In this document: positions 18,678 through 27,455 of the stretch, one piece after another | Position numbering within the stretch: position 1 is the stretch's first letter | Layout: every line of letters begins with the position of its first letter | From: Dickeya oryzae | GTDB lineage: Bacteria > Pseudomonadota > Gammaproteobacteria > Enterobacterales > Enterobacteriaceae | Length of the DNA stretch: 30,000 nucleotides | NCBI RefSeq assembly: GCF_009372235.1 | Contig: NZ_ML762922.1 | Span: 205,503 to 235,502 of the forward strand | Direction: 5' to 3' | The notes under the pieces: model-generated | The model's database searches: none | What the model was told of the DNA's origin: nothing | The model's input: only the letters and a program-made list of their open reading frames with translations | Made by a program: the position numbers and the translations under genes

Positions 18678-18995
18678 GTTTTTCTCCGGTTAAACAGGCA
18701 TGGTTAAACATTAATAGCGCGATATCCCCCATCACCGAATGAGAAATACCGTGGCGTAAATAAAAATCGGTTCTCTCAAGGTGAGATAAAACTCATACCT
18801 CAGTTCATTCGTGTTAAACAACGCAACGCGTTGGTTCTGCAAAGAAAAAGCCTCTGGATAGAACAACTAATAAAGCGAAACTGAAGCATGAAGAATATAT
18901 GCAGATATACTGATACCGACGCACGGTAAATACGACATGATAATATGTTTTAGTTACCAACTATCTTGCAAAAAAAAGTGTTAACTTGCTCAATG

Positions 18996-19011
18996 TGTTA
19001 ATTAATTGTTT
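18996..19011. promoter_or_regulatory. ArcA-box-like sequence in the ydiQ/ydiP divergent region
   Basis: GTTAATTAATTGTTT (18997-19011) matches the published ArcA consensus GTTAATTAAATGTTA at 13 of 15 positions, with TGTT direct repeats 11 bp apart. A further TGTTA is at 18979. The AT-rich context makes chance matches plausible. Confidence 0.3.
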
Positions 19012-19423
19012 TATATCCACAGCCATTTCATCAGCCATAAATAAAAAATATGACTTATACACGGCGTTAACACACCAGGCAAAACCATCAATTCATGTGT
19101 GACCGCCATCATAGTTATGATCTTTTTTTCTGATTTTTTGATGTTGATTTACATGAAAAATAAAATATGACTCGAATTGTGAATCTCGTGTATCAATCTT
19201 GTAGATTATTCTTCCATTTTCTCTCACATGCTGACCGTATAATCAGGAGTAGCTTACTCCTCACCGTGCTATTTATCCTGTTGGCAAGCCAACGCACGAT
19301 CTTGCATGACATACCAACAATCTTGTTTTTGCCTGCATATTTCGTGTTATATACTGTCTTCGGTTACTCTATTTCGCCATCCAATAATTGGCTTACGCCT
19401 TACGGTTAACTGTGGAGGTCGTT

Positions 19424-20335
19424 ATGTATCAATGCTGGTTTGATAATAAAACGGATGCTGTTTTTGAAAATGGATTGACACCCAAACTCTCCCGCTATGT
19501 TATTAGCGACGATCCCAACTGGGAATCCGGCCACCATGTACACGAGACCGAAACGGAACTTATCTATGTCAAGAAAGGCGTAGTTAATCTTACCATTGAC
19601 TCATCCAGTTATACCGCACGGACGGGTGATATCATTGCGATAGAGCGCGGTAGCCTGCATACGGTGGCGTCTGACACCTCATCACCCGCCACCACCTACA
19701 CGTGTGCCGTTTATGGCTTTAAAATCAATGGACTGGAAGAAGGCCGCATTATGCAACCCCATTCATGCCCTGTCATTTCCACGGTTAAAAATAAAGAGGT
19801 GATCCGCAGCATTTTTCAGGAACTCAGTGTACTGCTACCACAGAAAAAAACGAATTCACTGCCCCTGGTGTACGATGCATTCAGCTATGCGTTAACTGTG
19901 ATTTATTATGAAAACTTCAAGAATGCTTATCGAAATGATCGGGGGTATATAAGAAAGGATGTGCTTATCAAAGATATCCTGGTTTATTTAAACAATAACT
20001 ATCGAGAAAAAATCACGTTAGAAAATCTGGCAAAAAAATTCCGGGCCAGTGTCAGTTACATCTGTCACGAATTTACCAAAGAATACCATATTTCACCGAT
20101 TAACTATGTTATCAAGCGCCGTATCACAGACGCAAAATTTTCACTGACCAACACCGATCTCTGCCTGAACGAAATATCGTTCAGGGTGGGGTACGATAAT
20201 GTTGATCATTTTACAAAATTGTTTATTCGTCACGTTGGCTGTTCACCGTCTGAATATCGAAAACAGTTCAAAAACGACCTCGATAGCCTGGAATATGTCA
20301 CCCAGCTCGATGACCATTCAGAAATGCTGACGTAA
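19424..20335 (+). CDS. ydiP: AraC-family transcriptional regulator YdiP (N-terminal cupin, C-terminal double HTH)
   Basis: 303 aa from ATG 19424 (SD GGAGG at 19414-19418): MYQCWFDNK...GHHVHETETELIYVKKG (cupin)...ITLENLAKKFRASVSYICHEFTKEY...FRVGYDNVDHFTKLFIRHVGCSPSEYRK. Same length and position as E. coli YdiP, between ydiO and ydiQ. Confidence 0.9.
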   Translation: MYQCWFDNKTDAVFENGLTPKLSRYVISDDPNWESGHHVHETETELIYVKKGVVNLTIDSSSYTARTGDIIAIERGSLHTVASDTSSPATTYTCAVYGFKINGLEEGRIMQPHSCPVISTVKNKEVIRSIFQELSVLLPQKKTNSLPLVYDAFSYALTVIYYENFKNAYRNDRGYIRKDVLIKDILVYLNNNYREKITLENLAKKFRASVSYICHEFTKEYHISPINYVIKRRITDAKFSLTNTDLCLNEISFRVGYDNVDHFTKLFIRHVGCSPSEYRKQFKNDLDSLEYVTQLDDHSEMLT

Positions 20336-20443
20336 ATCGACCGCGTTATCATTAGTAAGCTACCATGATTCGGCACGGGTGATAGAACACACGCTCTGTA
20401 TCCAAACAAGCCAGGCCAATAGCTCTCCACTCAGATAACAGCA

Positions 20444-20477
20444 CACTCAGTTCACACCTCAGGGTGTGAACTGAGTG
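20444..20477. terminator. Perfect 15-bp stem hairpin between convergent ydiP and ydiO. Probable bidirectional terminator.
   Basis: CACTCAGTTCACACC (20444-20458), loop TCAG, GGTGTGAACTGAGTG (20463-20477). It lies 10 nt from the ydiO stop. The flanking U-tracts are weak on both strands. Confidence 0.55.
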
Positions 20478-20486
20478 AATAACCGA

Positions 20487-21638
20487 TTATTTATTCTGGT
20501 AATCTTTCAGAATCTGACGGCCCGCAATATAAATCATGATCTCATCGGTGCCGCCGCCAATTCGCTCACAACGGACATCACGCCAGAAGCGGGAAACACG
20601 CGCATCGTCGGTGTAGCCCAGGCCGCCCATAATCTGTATCGCATCGTCAATAACTTCCAGCGCGGTACGCGCACAGTACAACTTACACAGCGCCGCGCTG
20701 GTACGCAGCGACTGGTGCATATCCGCCTGCCATGCCACCTTCATCACCATATTGCGCATGTTCTCGATTTTTATCGCCATCAGCGCCAGCTTTTCCTGGA
20801 TCATCTGGTTATGGCCGATAGGCTTGCCGAACGCAATGCGCTGGTTGGCGTATCTGGCGGCATCCTCAAACGCGCACTCGGCAAACCCGGTACTGCGCGC
20901 AGCGTTGATCAGGCGTTCCATCTCGAAGTTGTACATCACATTGAGAAAGCCCATGCCTTCTTCGCCGACCCTATCGCTTTCATCCACCTCGACATTGTCC
21001 AGATAGACTTCGCAGGTGCTCAGCATATGCCAGCCGATTTTATGCAGCGGGTTGATTTTGATACCCGGTTTATTCGATTCCACCCACCAGAGGGTGAACG
21101 CTTTTTTCGGATCCTTCGGTTCTGGATCACGCGCCAGTACCAGCATATACGGGTATTCTTTCGCCCCGGTGATGAAGGTTTTCTGGCCATTCAAATACAC
21201 TTTGCCATTTTTGCGCGTATAAGAAGTGGTTGCGCTACTGTTGTCCGAACCCGCGCCCGGTTCAGTCAGCGCCAGCGCATAAGCCGGGTCGCCGGTGGCC
21301 AGCGTGCTTTCCGCCGTTTTACGCAACTGCTCCGCCGAGCCGAACCGCAGCATACTGTGAATGCATTGCCCATTGGTGATAAGAAACGCGGGTGCGCCGC
21401 ATTTTGCCACTTCCATCAGCGCCAGCATCTGGGTGACATAGTCAGCCGGAATGCCGTTATATTCTTCTGGCACGCCCAACAGGGAAATACCGTTGTCAGA
21501 CAACGCTTTCATGAACTCTTTGGGATACGTCCCGGTCTGATCGCATGTCCTGAAATATTCTTCCGGGAAATTATTGGTAATTAACTCGCGAATACTGGCA
21601 AGCAAGAGTTCTTGTTCTTCAGTTAAGGCAAAGTTCAT
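20487..21638 (-). CDS. ydiO: CaiA-like acyl-CoA dehydrogenase / enoyl-CoA reductase YdiO
   Basis: 383 aa: MNFALTEEQELLLASIRELI...ALALTEPGAGSD...YLNGQKTFITGA...IGGGTDEIMIYIAGRQILKDY. Same length as E. coli YdiO. SD AGGAG; 14 nt after the ydiF stop. Confidence 0.95.
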   Translation of the reverse strand: MNFALTEEQELLLASIRELITNNFPEEYFRTCDQTGTYPKEFMKALSDNGISLLGVPEEYNGIPADYVTQMLALMEVAKCGAPAFLITNGQCIHSMLRFGSAEQLRKTAESTLATGDPAYALALTEPGAGSDNSSATTSYTRKNGKVYLNGQKTFITGAKEYPYMLVLARDPEPKDPKKAFTLWWVESNKPGIKINPLHKIGWHMLSTCEVYLDNVEVDESDRVGEEGMGFLNVMYNFEMERLINAARSTGFAECAFEDAARYANQRIAFGKPIGHNQMIQEKLALMAIKIENMRNMVMKVAWQADMHQSLRTSAALCKLYCARTALEVIDDAIQIMGGLGYTDDARVSRFWRDVRCERIGGGTDEIMIYIAGRQILKDYQNK

Positions 21639-21652
21639 CTTCTTTACTCCTA

Positions 21653-23248
21653 TTATTGTTCTGCTTCAGGCAAAACAAATCCCATGACGTTGTCGTGAAA
21701 CATTCTTTCATCCATCAATTTCAGATCGCCGGAAATAATGGGTGTGAAGTCCATTTGAGCCAAAATGTCTTTTTCCAGATCGACACCGGGTGCAATTTCG
21801 ACCAAATGCAAACCATCTTCTTTCAACGTAAATACCGCACGTTCGGTGATATAACGGACATCGAGGCCCCGCTCCAGCGCTGTTTTCCCACTGAAGGTAA
21901 TTTCCGGTATTTCTTTAATGAATTTTTTAACTTTCCCTTCCTGAGTAATGGTCAGCTTGCCATCCCCCACGGCGGTTTTCAGGCTACCGGCGGTCAGCGT
22001 GCCGCAGAAAATGATTTTCTTCGACGTGGCGCTGATATCGATAAATCCGCCGGTCCCCATGATCTTGCCGTTGAATTTGTGCACGCCGACGTTACCGTGT
22101 TGGTCGATTTCCGCGAAGCTCAGGTAGCACACATCCAGCCCACCGCCGTGGTAGAAATCAAACTGGGCGGTCATATCCAGAATGGCGCGGGTGTTCACAT
22201 TGGCACCGAAAGCCACCCCCTGGGTGGTGATGCCGCCCACCGGGCCGGTTTCCACCGTCAGCACAAAATCGTCTGCGCACCCCTCTTCCCGAGCCACCAG
22301 GCCGATACCATCGGCAATCCCGACCCCCACATTCCCGACTGCGCCTTTGCGCATTTCAAACAGTGCGCGGCGAGCGACCAGTTTGCGCTGGTTCAGCGGG
22401 ATAGCCATTTGCGTGCTGTCATCAAGGGTGAAGTCGCCGGAAATAAAGCGATTGACGGGCGCACCGCCATAGAGTTGCGTCTGGGCTGAATCAACCACCA
22501 CGATATCCACCAGATAACCGGGGATTCGCACCGATTTGGGGTGTAGCGTGGCCTTTTTCACCATTTTCTGCACCTGCATCATCACGATGCCGCCATGATT
22601 GTGAACGGCTTGCGCGATCACTAATGCGTCCAGATACATCACCTCATCCTCAAACGAGGCATAGCCTTCACTGTCGCAGGTGGTGGCGCGGATAAAGGCG
22701 ATGTTCGGCGCTATCGCCTTGTAATACAGGTATTCCTGGTTATCGATTTCAATCAGTTTGATCAGCTCTTCTTTGGTGACTTCGTTGAGCTTCCCGCCCT
22801 GCTGGCGTGGGTCGACAAAGGTGCCGACGCCGATATTACTCAGGATACCGGGCTGATGCGCGGCAGCGGCGCGCAGCGTCTGGGTCAACACCCCTTGCGG
22901 ATAGTTGTAGGCAAAGATTTTGTTCTGCTCGGCCAGATCAGAAATTCGCGGTGACTGCCCCCAGTGACCGCACAGCGCCCATTTCACCAGTCCTTCCTGT
23001 GCCAGTGGGCTGATGCCGCGCTCAGCACGATCCCCCAATCCGGTCGGGCTGATTAGCGACAGGTTGCGCGGTGACTGCGTGGCTTTATATCTTTCGGATA
23101 ACGCAGTAATTAATGTTGTGGCTTCAAGGATGCCGCCACCAGCGCCTAATACGCACAGCGTGGCTTCATCCGGAATATATTTAACGGCGTCTTCGGCAGA
23201 TAATACCGGCACTCTGCCATTGACTCTTTTCGGTTTTTCCAGCTTCAT
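21653..23248 (-). CDS. ydiF: Family I acyl-CoA:acetate CoA-transferase YdiF
   Basis: 531 aa from ATG 23248 (SD AGGAG, 6 nt): MKLEKPKRVNGRVPVLSAEDAVKYIPDEATLCVLGAGGGILEATTLITAL...LTVETGPVGG...GTGGFIDIS.... Same length as, and colinear with, E. coli YdiF. The track's start at 23359 is an AT-rich extension. Confidence 0.95.
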   Translation of the reverse strand: MKLEKPKRVNGRVPVLSAEDAVKYIPDEATLCVLGAGGGILEATTLITALSERYKATQSPRNLSLISPTGLGDRAERGISPLAQEGLVKWALCGHWGQSPRISDLAEQNKIFAYNYPQGVLTQTLRAAAAHQPGILSNIGVGTFVDPRQQGGKLNEVTKEELIKLIEIDNQEYLYYKAIAPNIAFIRATTCDSEGYASFEDEVMYLDALVIAQAVHNHGGIVMMQVQKMVKKATLHPKSVRIPGYLVDIVVVDSAQTQLYGGAPVNRFISGDFTLDDSTQMAIPLNQRKLVARRALFEMRKGAVGNVGVGIADGIGLVAREEGCADDFVLTVETGPVGGITTQGVAFGANVNTRAILDMTAQFDFYHGGGLDVCYLSFAEIDQHGNVGVHKFNGKIMGTGGFIDISATSKKIIFCGTLTAGSLKTAVGDGKLTITQEGKVKKFIKEIPEITFSGKTALERGLDVRYITERAVFTLKEDGLHLVEIAPGVDLEKDILAQMDFTPIISGDLKLMDERMFHDNVMGFVLPEAEQ

Positions 23249-23284
23249 AGCGACTCCTGACCCAGGCCGAATTGAATTATTTTT

Positions 23285-23371
23285 ATTCAAAAATGAAATA
23301 TACTGACGCAGTGCTAAATAATTTTCTTTGCGTGACATATAAAATAAAAATACACACATTCATTTTTGAAT
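23285..23371. repeat. Perfect 13-bp inverted repeat pair ATTCAAAAATGAA ... TTCATTTTTGAAT, 61 bp apart, in the ydiF upstream region
   Basis: Read directly: 23285-23297 and 23359-23371 are exact reverse complements. They lie 37-123 bp upstream of the ydiF ATG. Confidence 0.8.
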
Positions 23372-23548
23372 GAGGATATATTTACCATTACTTTCATTGC
23401 ACTTAACGTTATCAATTCAGACCATTGATAATATGCGAGCGTTCGAGCCATAGTAATAATACTATTTCTCTCATCAATGATGCTATTTGATATTTATTTT
23501 ATTCAGGCACCATAGTAGTACCTGAATAAATACGCCAATGCCTTTCAA

Positions 23549-24307
23549 TCAGGCTTCATGCAAAATTCTCAGTACGTCTCTCAAATCTTTGATAGCTATC
23601 TGGCCGGGCGCGGACGCTTTTTTCAGGGCGCCGAACGTTGCCGACGACCCGAATACTTCCCCCGCCAGACGTGAAATTACCCCGTCTTTCGACATCGACA
23701 TGGTGATGATCGGACGATCCGCATATTTCTCAGACATTTCCTGCGTGGCCAACAGCAACGTCAACACGTCGCTCTTGTTTTGTGGCATCAATGCAATCTT
23801 GGGAATATCAGCACCCAGCTCCTGCATTTTGCACAAGCGTTTGACGATCTCTTCCTTCGGTGGCGTTTTGTGGAAATCATGGTTGGACATCACGACCTTG
23901 ATTCCGTTGGCATGCGCGTGAGCAATGGTGTCACTCACCAGTTGGTCACCGGTAAACAACTCCAGATCAATCATGTCCACAAGGCCACTGTCGATTAGCT
24001 GTTTATTCAGGGCAATATAGGCTTGCGGCGAAATATCTTTCTCACCGCCTTCTTTAGCGGTACGGAACGTAAAGAGAATCGGTTTCTCACGAATGATGGT
24101 GCGCAGCTTGTGCGCGGCATCCAGCACGCTGTCGATCTGTTCCACGCCATCAAAATGATCGATGCGCCATTCCAGAATATCGAAATCAAAATCCCGGTAG
24201 TAATGCGCTTCCGACTCTACGGAAGACACATCTTTTCCCATTAATGACACGATGATTTTGGGGGCACCTTCCCCTATCACCACACTCTTCACGGTTACGG
24301 TATTCAT
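23549..24307 (-). CDS. aroD: 3-dehydroquinate dehydratase, type I
   Basis: 252 aa: [26 protein letters not shown]...[11 protein letters not shown]...[12 protein letters not shown]...[19 protein letters not shown]...[40 protein letters not shown]. Colinear with E. coli AroD, including the Schiff-base Lys context PKIA. Confidence 0.95.
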   Translation of the reverse strand: MNTVTVKSVVIGEGAPKIIVSLMGKDVSSVESEAHYYRDFDFDILEWRIDHFDGVEQIDSVLDAAHKLRTIIREKPILFTFRTAKEGGEKDISPQAYIALNKQLIDSGLVDMIDLELFTGDQLVSDTIAHAHANGIKVVMSNHDFHKTPPKEEIVKRLCKMQELGADIPKIALMPQNKSDVLTLLLATQEMSEKYADRPIITMSMSKDGVISRLAGEVFGSSATFGALKKASAPGQIAIKDLRDVLRILHEA

Positions 24308-24404
24308 GTTGTTCCCTTAAAATTTATCCCCTGACCAGCACCGCCTGAGCGAACAGCGTGCTTCAGGCGGCCACCGCTGGGCAACTAACAGCCGACGCGG
24401 ACCA

Positions 24405-25271
24405 TCAGGCACCAAATCCCATCGCTTTTTTAACGTATTCCAACGGGAAGTCTTTTCCGGTCCAGAGTTTGAACTGCTCTGCCCCCTGCCACAGCAACAT
24501 ACCGTAACCATCAACGGTCTTACAGCCAACTTCCTGTGCCATCTGCAACAATTTGGTGATATGCGGGTTATATACGCATTCGGTAACCAACAAGCCTGGG
24601 CGCAACAAGGATTTATCCGTAACGATGCTCTCGTTTTCCAGCGGTTTCATCCCAAGCTTGGTGCCGTTGGTCAGGATGTCGGCGGTAGCGATAGCATCAG
24701 CGAACGCCTGTTGATCACCCAGATCGTGCACGGTAACCATGCAGTCGGTGTTGTCGTTCACGCGTTTGGCAAAGGCGAGCGCCTTTTCGTAAAACTCATC
24801 ACGACGATTGAACAGCTTGATGGCCTTAATGCCTTCAATCGCCGCCTGAGCACCGATCGCGGTCGACGCGCCCCCGGCTCCGACCAGCACCATAGTTTTG
24901 CCTTTGATATCAAAGCCGCTTTCCTTGATGGCGCGGATATGCCCGGTACCGTCGGTGTTATACCCTTTGAGGTAACCATCATCGTTGACGATGGTATTTA
25001 TCGCGCCGACCAGTTTGGCTGCTGGTGTCAATTCATCCACATAATCGCAGGCCAGCTGTTTATTGGGCATGGACACACCAGTACCACGCATTTTTAGCGC
25101 TTTAAGCCCTGCTATCGCCTGAGGGAAGGTGGTGTTATCCACTTCAAATGCCATATAGGTATAAGGTAACCCAACTTCTTCCAGCGCTTTATTCTGCATT
25201 TCCGGTGACAGGCTGTGTCTGATTGGATAAGCCATTAACCCAATCAGTTCATATTTTGCAGTTACATCCAT
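24405..25271 (-). CDS. ydiB: NAD(P)-dependent quinate/shikimate dehydrogenase YdiB
   Basis: 288 aa: [46 protein letters not shown]...[53 protein letters not shown]. Nearly identical N-terminus to E. coli YdiB. SD AAGGAG. Confidence 0.95.
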   Translation of the reverse strand: MDVTAKYELIGLMAYPIRHSLSPEMQNKALEEVGLPYTYMAFEVDNTTFPQAIAGLKALKMRGTGVSMPNKQLACDYVDELTPAAKLVGAINTIVNDDGYLKGYNTDGTGHIRAIKESGFDIKGKTMVLVGAGGASTAIGAQAAIEGIKAIKLFNRRDEFYEKALAFAKRVNDNTDCMVTVHDLGDQQAFADAIATADILTNGTKLGMKPLENESIVTDKSLLRPGLLVTECVYNPHITKLLQMAQEVGCKTVDGYGMLLWQGAEQFKLWTGKDFPLEYVKKAMGFGA

Positions 25272-25340
25272 TATAAACTCCTTACGCTATAAATATATTC
25301 TTGCCGCCTGCGCCATTATTATGATGACGAGGGGTTCTGC

Positions 25341-26609
25341 TTATGAATGTGATGGTCTATTACTGGCATTCTTCATCGAAAACATGTTTTCCCCCATCCG
25401 CACATCGTTTTCAGGAATATTGAACACTTTGTAATAGCGAACGAAAACGATAAATGCGGTGAGCAGCGATACCACGGCAAAACCAATATCCAGCAGAATG
25501 ATGTATTTCAATTCAATCTTGGATAAATAACCGGTGATGATAGGAATCACGAAATTAGCCAGGCCGCCCATCAACATATAGAGACTGGTGACTTTTGCTT
25601 TGCTTTTTGGGAAGAACTCGGACATCACAGAAACGCCCAGTTGTAATAACCCACCGGCCGCAGAGAAGCCGATAACAAATGCGCCGACGTTACAAACCAG
25701 TGCGGAGGGATACAGATAAATCACCGTGCTGGCCACCACTGCCAAGGCAGAGTTGAACACGTTGGCCCAGACTGGGCGAACCATGCTTTTCAACAGCAGA
25801 GCGAAGACGAATACGCACACCAACGATCCCATGCTGTAATAAGAAATGGTCTTCAACGCGTCGGTTTCCGCCATACCGGCATAGGCTACGGCATATTTCG
25901 GCATCCAGACCACGATGACGTAAAAGGTGGAGAAGATGGCAACGCCGAATACAATCGATGCCACACCTTCCAACCAGACCAACGGCTTCTGATTCATCTG
26001 CGGCAAGTCTTTGATGGCATTGGCATCTGCCGTCTGGCTCGGGAATTTACTCCTTACTATAAGCAGCGATACCAGCAGGAACGCGATCCCCGGCAGGACA
26101 ATGCCGTAGCCGTACCAGATATTGCTGGTGAGCAGGTAGCCGACCAGGACCGGATAGAACATTTGTCCGAAAGAAATCATGGCCTTGAGCAGAATAACGG
26201 CCGAACCGGACGTTTTGGGATAAGCCTCCATCAATGCCGGATAAGCGCCGGTATCCAAGGCAGCGTTGGCCACCCCCACGCAGACCGCGAGAATAAAAGC
26301 TACGATCAGGTTGGGGCTGGAAGGAATACCGAAAAAGAACAACACATACAGCGCTACCCCGATAAGAATTGACACGCGGCGGCCGAACTTATCGGAAATC
26401 ACCCCGAAGAACAAAATACTGACCAATCTTCCCAGGCCAATACCTGAAATAAGATAGGCGATGCCTGCATTATCAGTTCCGAACTTTGCCGCCAGACTCG
26501 TCATATTCTGCGCCAGGGTGATGACGCTAATGCCATGAAGAAAATAGCTTAGATATATGCCGATAACAGCTAATAAAAATGGCGAATTGAAGGCCTTGTT
26601 CTGGCTCAT
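25341..26609 (-). CDS. ydiN: MFS transporter YdiN
   Basis: 422 aa: MSQNKAFNSPFLLAVIGIYLSYFLHGISVITLAQNMTSLAAKFGTDNAGIAYLISGIGLGRLVSILFFGVISDKFGRR.... Colinear with E. coli YdiN. SD GGAGAG. Confidence 0.92.
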   Translation of the reverse strand: MSQNKAFNSPFLLAVIGIYLSYFLHGISVITLAQNMTSLAAKFGTDNAGIAYLISGIGLGRLVSILFFGVISDKFGRRVSILIGVALYVLFFFGIPSSPNLIVAFILAVCVGVANAALDTGAYPALMEAYPKTSGSAVILLKAMISFGQMFYPVLVGYLLTSNIWYGYGIVLPGIAFLLVSLLIVRSKFPSQTADANAIKDLPQMNQKPLVWLEGVASIVFGVAIFSTFYVIVVWMPKYAVAYAGMAETDALKTISYYSMGSLVCVFVFALLLKSMVRPVWANVFNSALAVVASTVIYLYPSALVCNVGAFVIGFSAAGGLLQLGVSVMSEFFPKSKAKVTSLYMLMGGLANFVIPIITGYLSKIELKYIILLDIGFAVVSLLTAFIVFVRYYKVFNIPENDVRMGENMFSMKNASNRPSHS

Positions 26610-26634
26610 GCTTCTCTCCGTTTATAGTGATTTT

Positions 26635-26702
26635 TTCATTGCACAGTTTTCATTGCATCATGTTCATCGCACAAGTCGTGCCTTGCTGCACAAGTTGCAC
26701 AA
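26635..26702. repeat. Phased short direct repeats just upstream of the ydiN start: TTCATTGCA / TTCATTGCA / TTCATCGCA at an exact 14-bp period, then three (T/C)GCACAA copies
   Basis: Read directly: 26635-26643, 26649-26657 and 26663-26671, then GCACAAGT at 26669 and 26688 and TGCACAA at 26696. They lie 26-93 bp upstream of the ydiN ATG. Confidence 0.8.
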
Positions 26703-26736
26703 ATTGTTCCGGCAGTTTTATTTCTCTTATTTACTC

Positions 26737-26767
26737 CCCATGAGTTATACGCCCATGAGTTATACGC
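26737..26767. repeat. Perfect 15-bp tandem duplication (CCCATGAGTTATACG)x2 in the ydiN / LysR-gene intergenic region
   Basis: Read directly: 26737-26751 equals 26752-26766, and the next base also matches. This produces the PMSYTPMSYT artefact in track ORF 26557..26937. Confidence 0.9.
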
Positions 26768-27455
26768 TTCGTAAAATATTGCTAAATTACTCTCTGTATT
26801 TAATGTACTCAGCAAGGGAAACAATGAACACGCAATATAAGGTTTTCGTTGCAAACTTTATTGCAGGGAACGACAGACCTCATTCAGTCAGCGTGTTGAA
26901 GATTTGTTTTCTCTTTTACAAAATCACCACATTATGATGCCAAAAAGCACAACCCTAAACATCAACAAGACAGAATAAAATAATGCGACACACTTCAAAT
27001 TTATTTTTATGATTCGTGTGTGATAAGATTTTTTTCATGCCAACTATCGCCACGATAAAAAAACAGCACATTGTTATTGTGAGCCAGCTGGCATTAATAC
27101 ATAAAAGAGGAAAATGAGATGAAGTGACACCTCTCTCTCCCTCTTCGACTTCACGAGGCGAGAGATAACAGAGCCGCTCTCAAGTAACACCCTATTTACC
27201 TTTTCCTCCTGTATTTCATATTCAAAAAGACATGCTATTTTGCAGTTCACCATAATAATGTTGCAAACAGGACAAAGCGGCCTCGTTTTTACGGTCATAC
27301 CCGTGTACACCATGACATAAATCCCACAGATAATCTGATTCTCATATATTTGCGGTATGTGGGTATTATCAACCGTATCGTTAGGCTACGCTCGTAACCA
27401 ATACGGTAGTACCACCGGCAGGGATAGGCGCTTCATTGATCTGACGAGAACCCGA

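Noticed and set aside
19167-19409. 80-aa hydrophobic + strand ORF ending 14 nt before ydiP
   Set aside because: There is no SD (AAAATAAAAT-ATG). It has many rare codons (AGA, AGG, ATA, CGA), and the hydrophobicity is what T-rich DNA produces. It remains a possibility only within the finding on the long intergenic region.
20475-21584. 369-aa ORF antisense to almost all of ydiO
   Set aside because: Its codons are exactly triplet-aligned with ydiO on the opposite strand. In that frame a stop arises only opposite sense codons TTA, CTA or TCA, which are rare here. Long open antisense frames are therefore an expected codon-usage artefact. The product is Arg/His/Gln-rich with no recognisable domain.
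23249-23359. N-terminal extensions proposed by the ORF track: ydiF to 23359, ptsH from 3441, LTTR from 27357, ydiP from 19388, ydiQ to 18530, permease to 11954, cysM to 9444, yfeX to 10371
   Set aside because: Internal starts give proteins of the same length as the E. coli homologues, or restore the canonical N-terminus. Each internal start has a good SD. The extensions run into AT-rich intergenic DNA, a terminator, or the upstream gene.
23499-23529. Hairpin TTATTCAGGCAC-N7-GTACCTGAATAA after the aroD stop, considered as a rho-independent terminator
   Set aside because: The stem has one mismatch. In the direction of aroD transcription it is followed by an A-rich tract, not a U-rich one. I therefore cannot call it an intrinsic terminator. 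It may still be structural or regulatory for the ydiF promoter region.
26557-26937. 126-aa + strand ORF spanning the ydiN start and upstream region
   Set aside because: It overlaps the ydiN N-terminus in antisense. It then runs through the repeat arrays, and its 'PMSYTPMSYT' is just the 15-bp tandem duplication. There is no SD, and the sequence is AT-rich with rare codons.
27074-27313. 79-aa - strand ORF in the AT-rich ydiN/LTTR intergenic region
   Set aside because: There is no SD upstream (ATCTGTGGGATTTATGT-ATG) and no recognisable motif. The imperfect hairpin at about 27130-27165 inside it has no U-tract, so I do not call it a terminator either.
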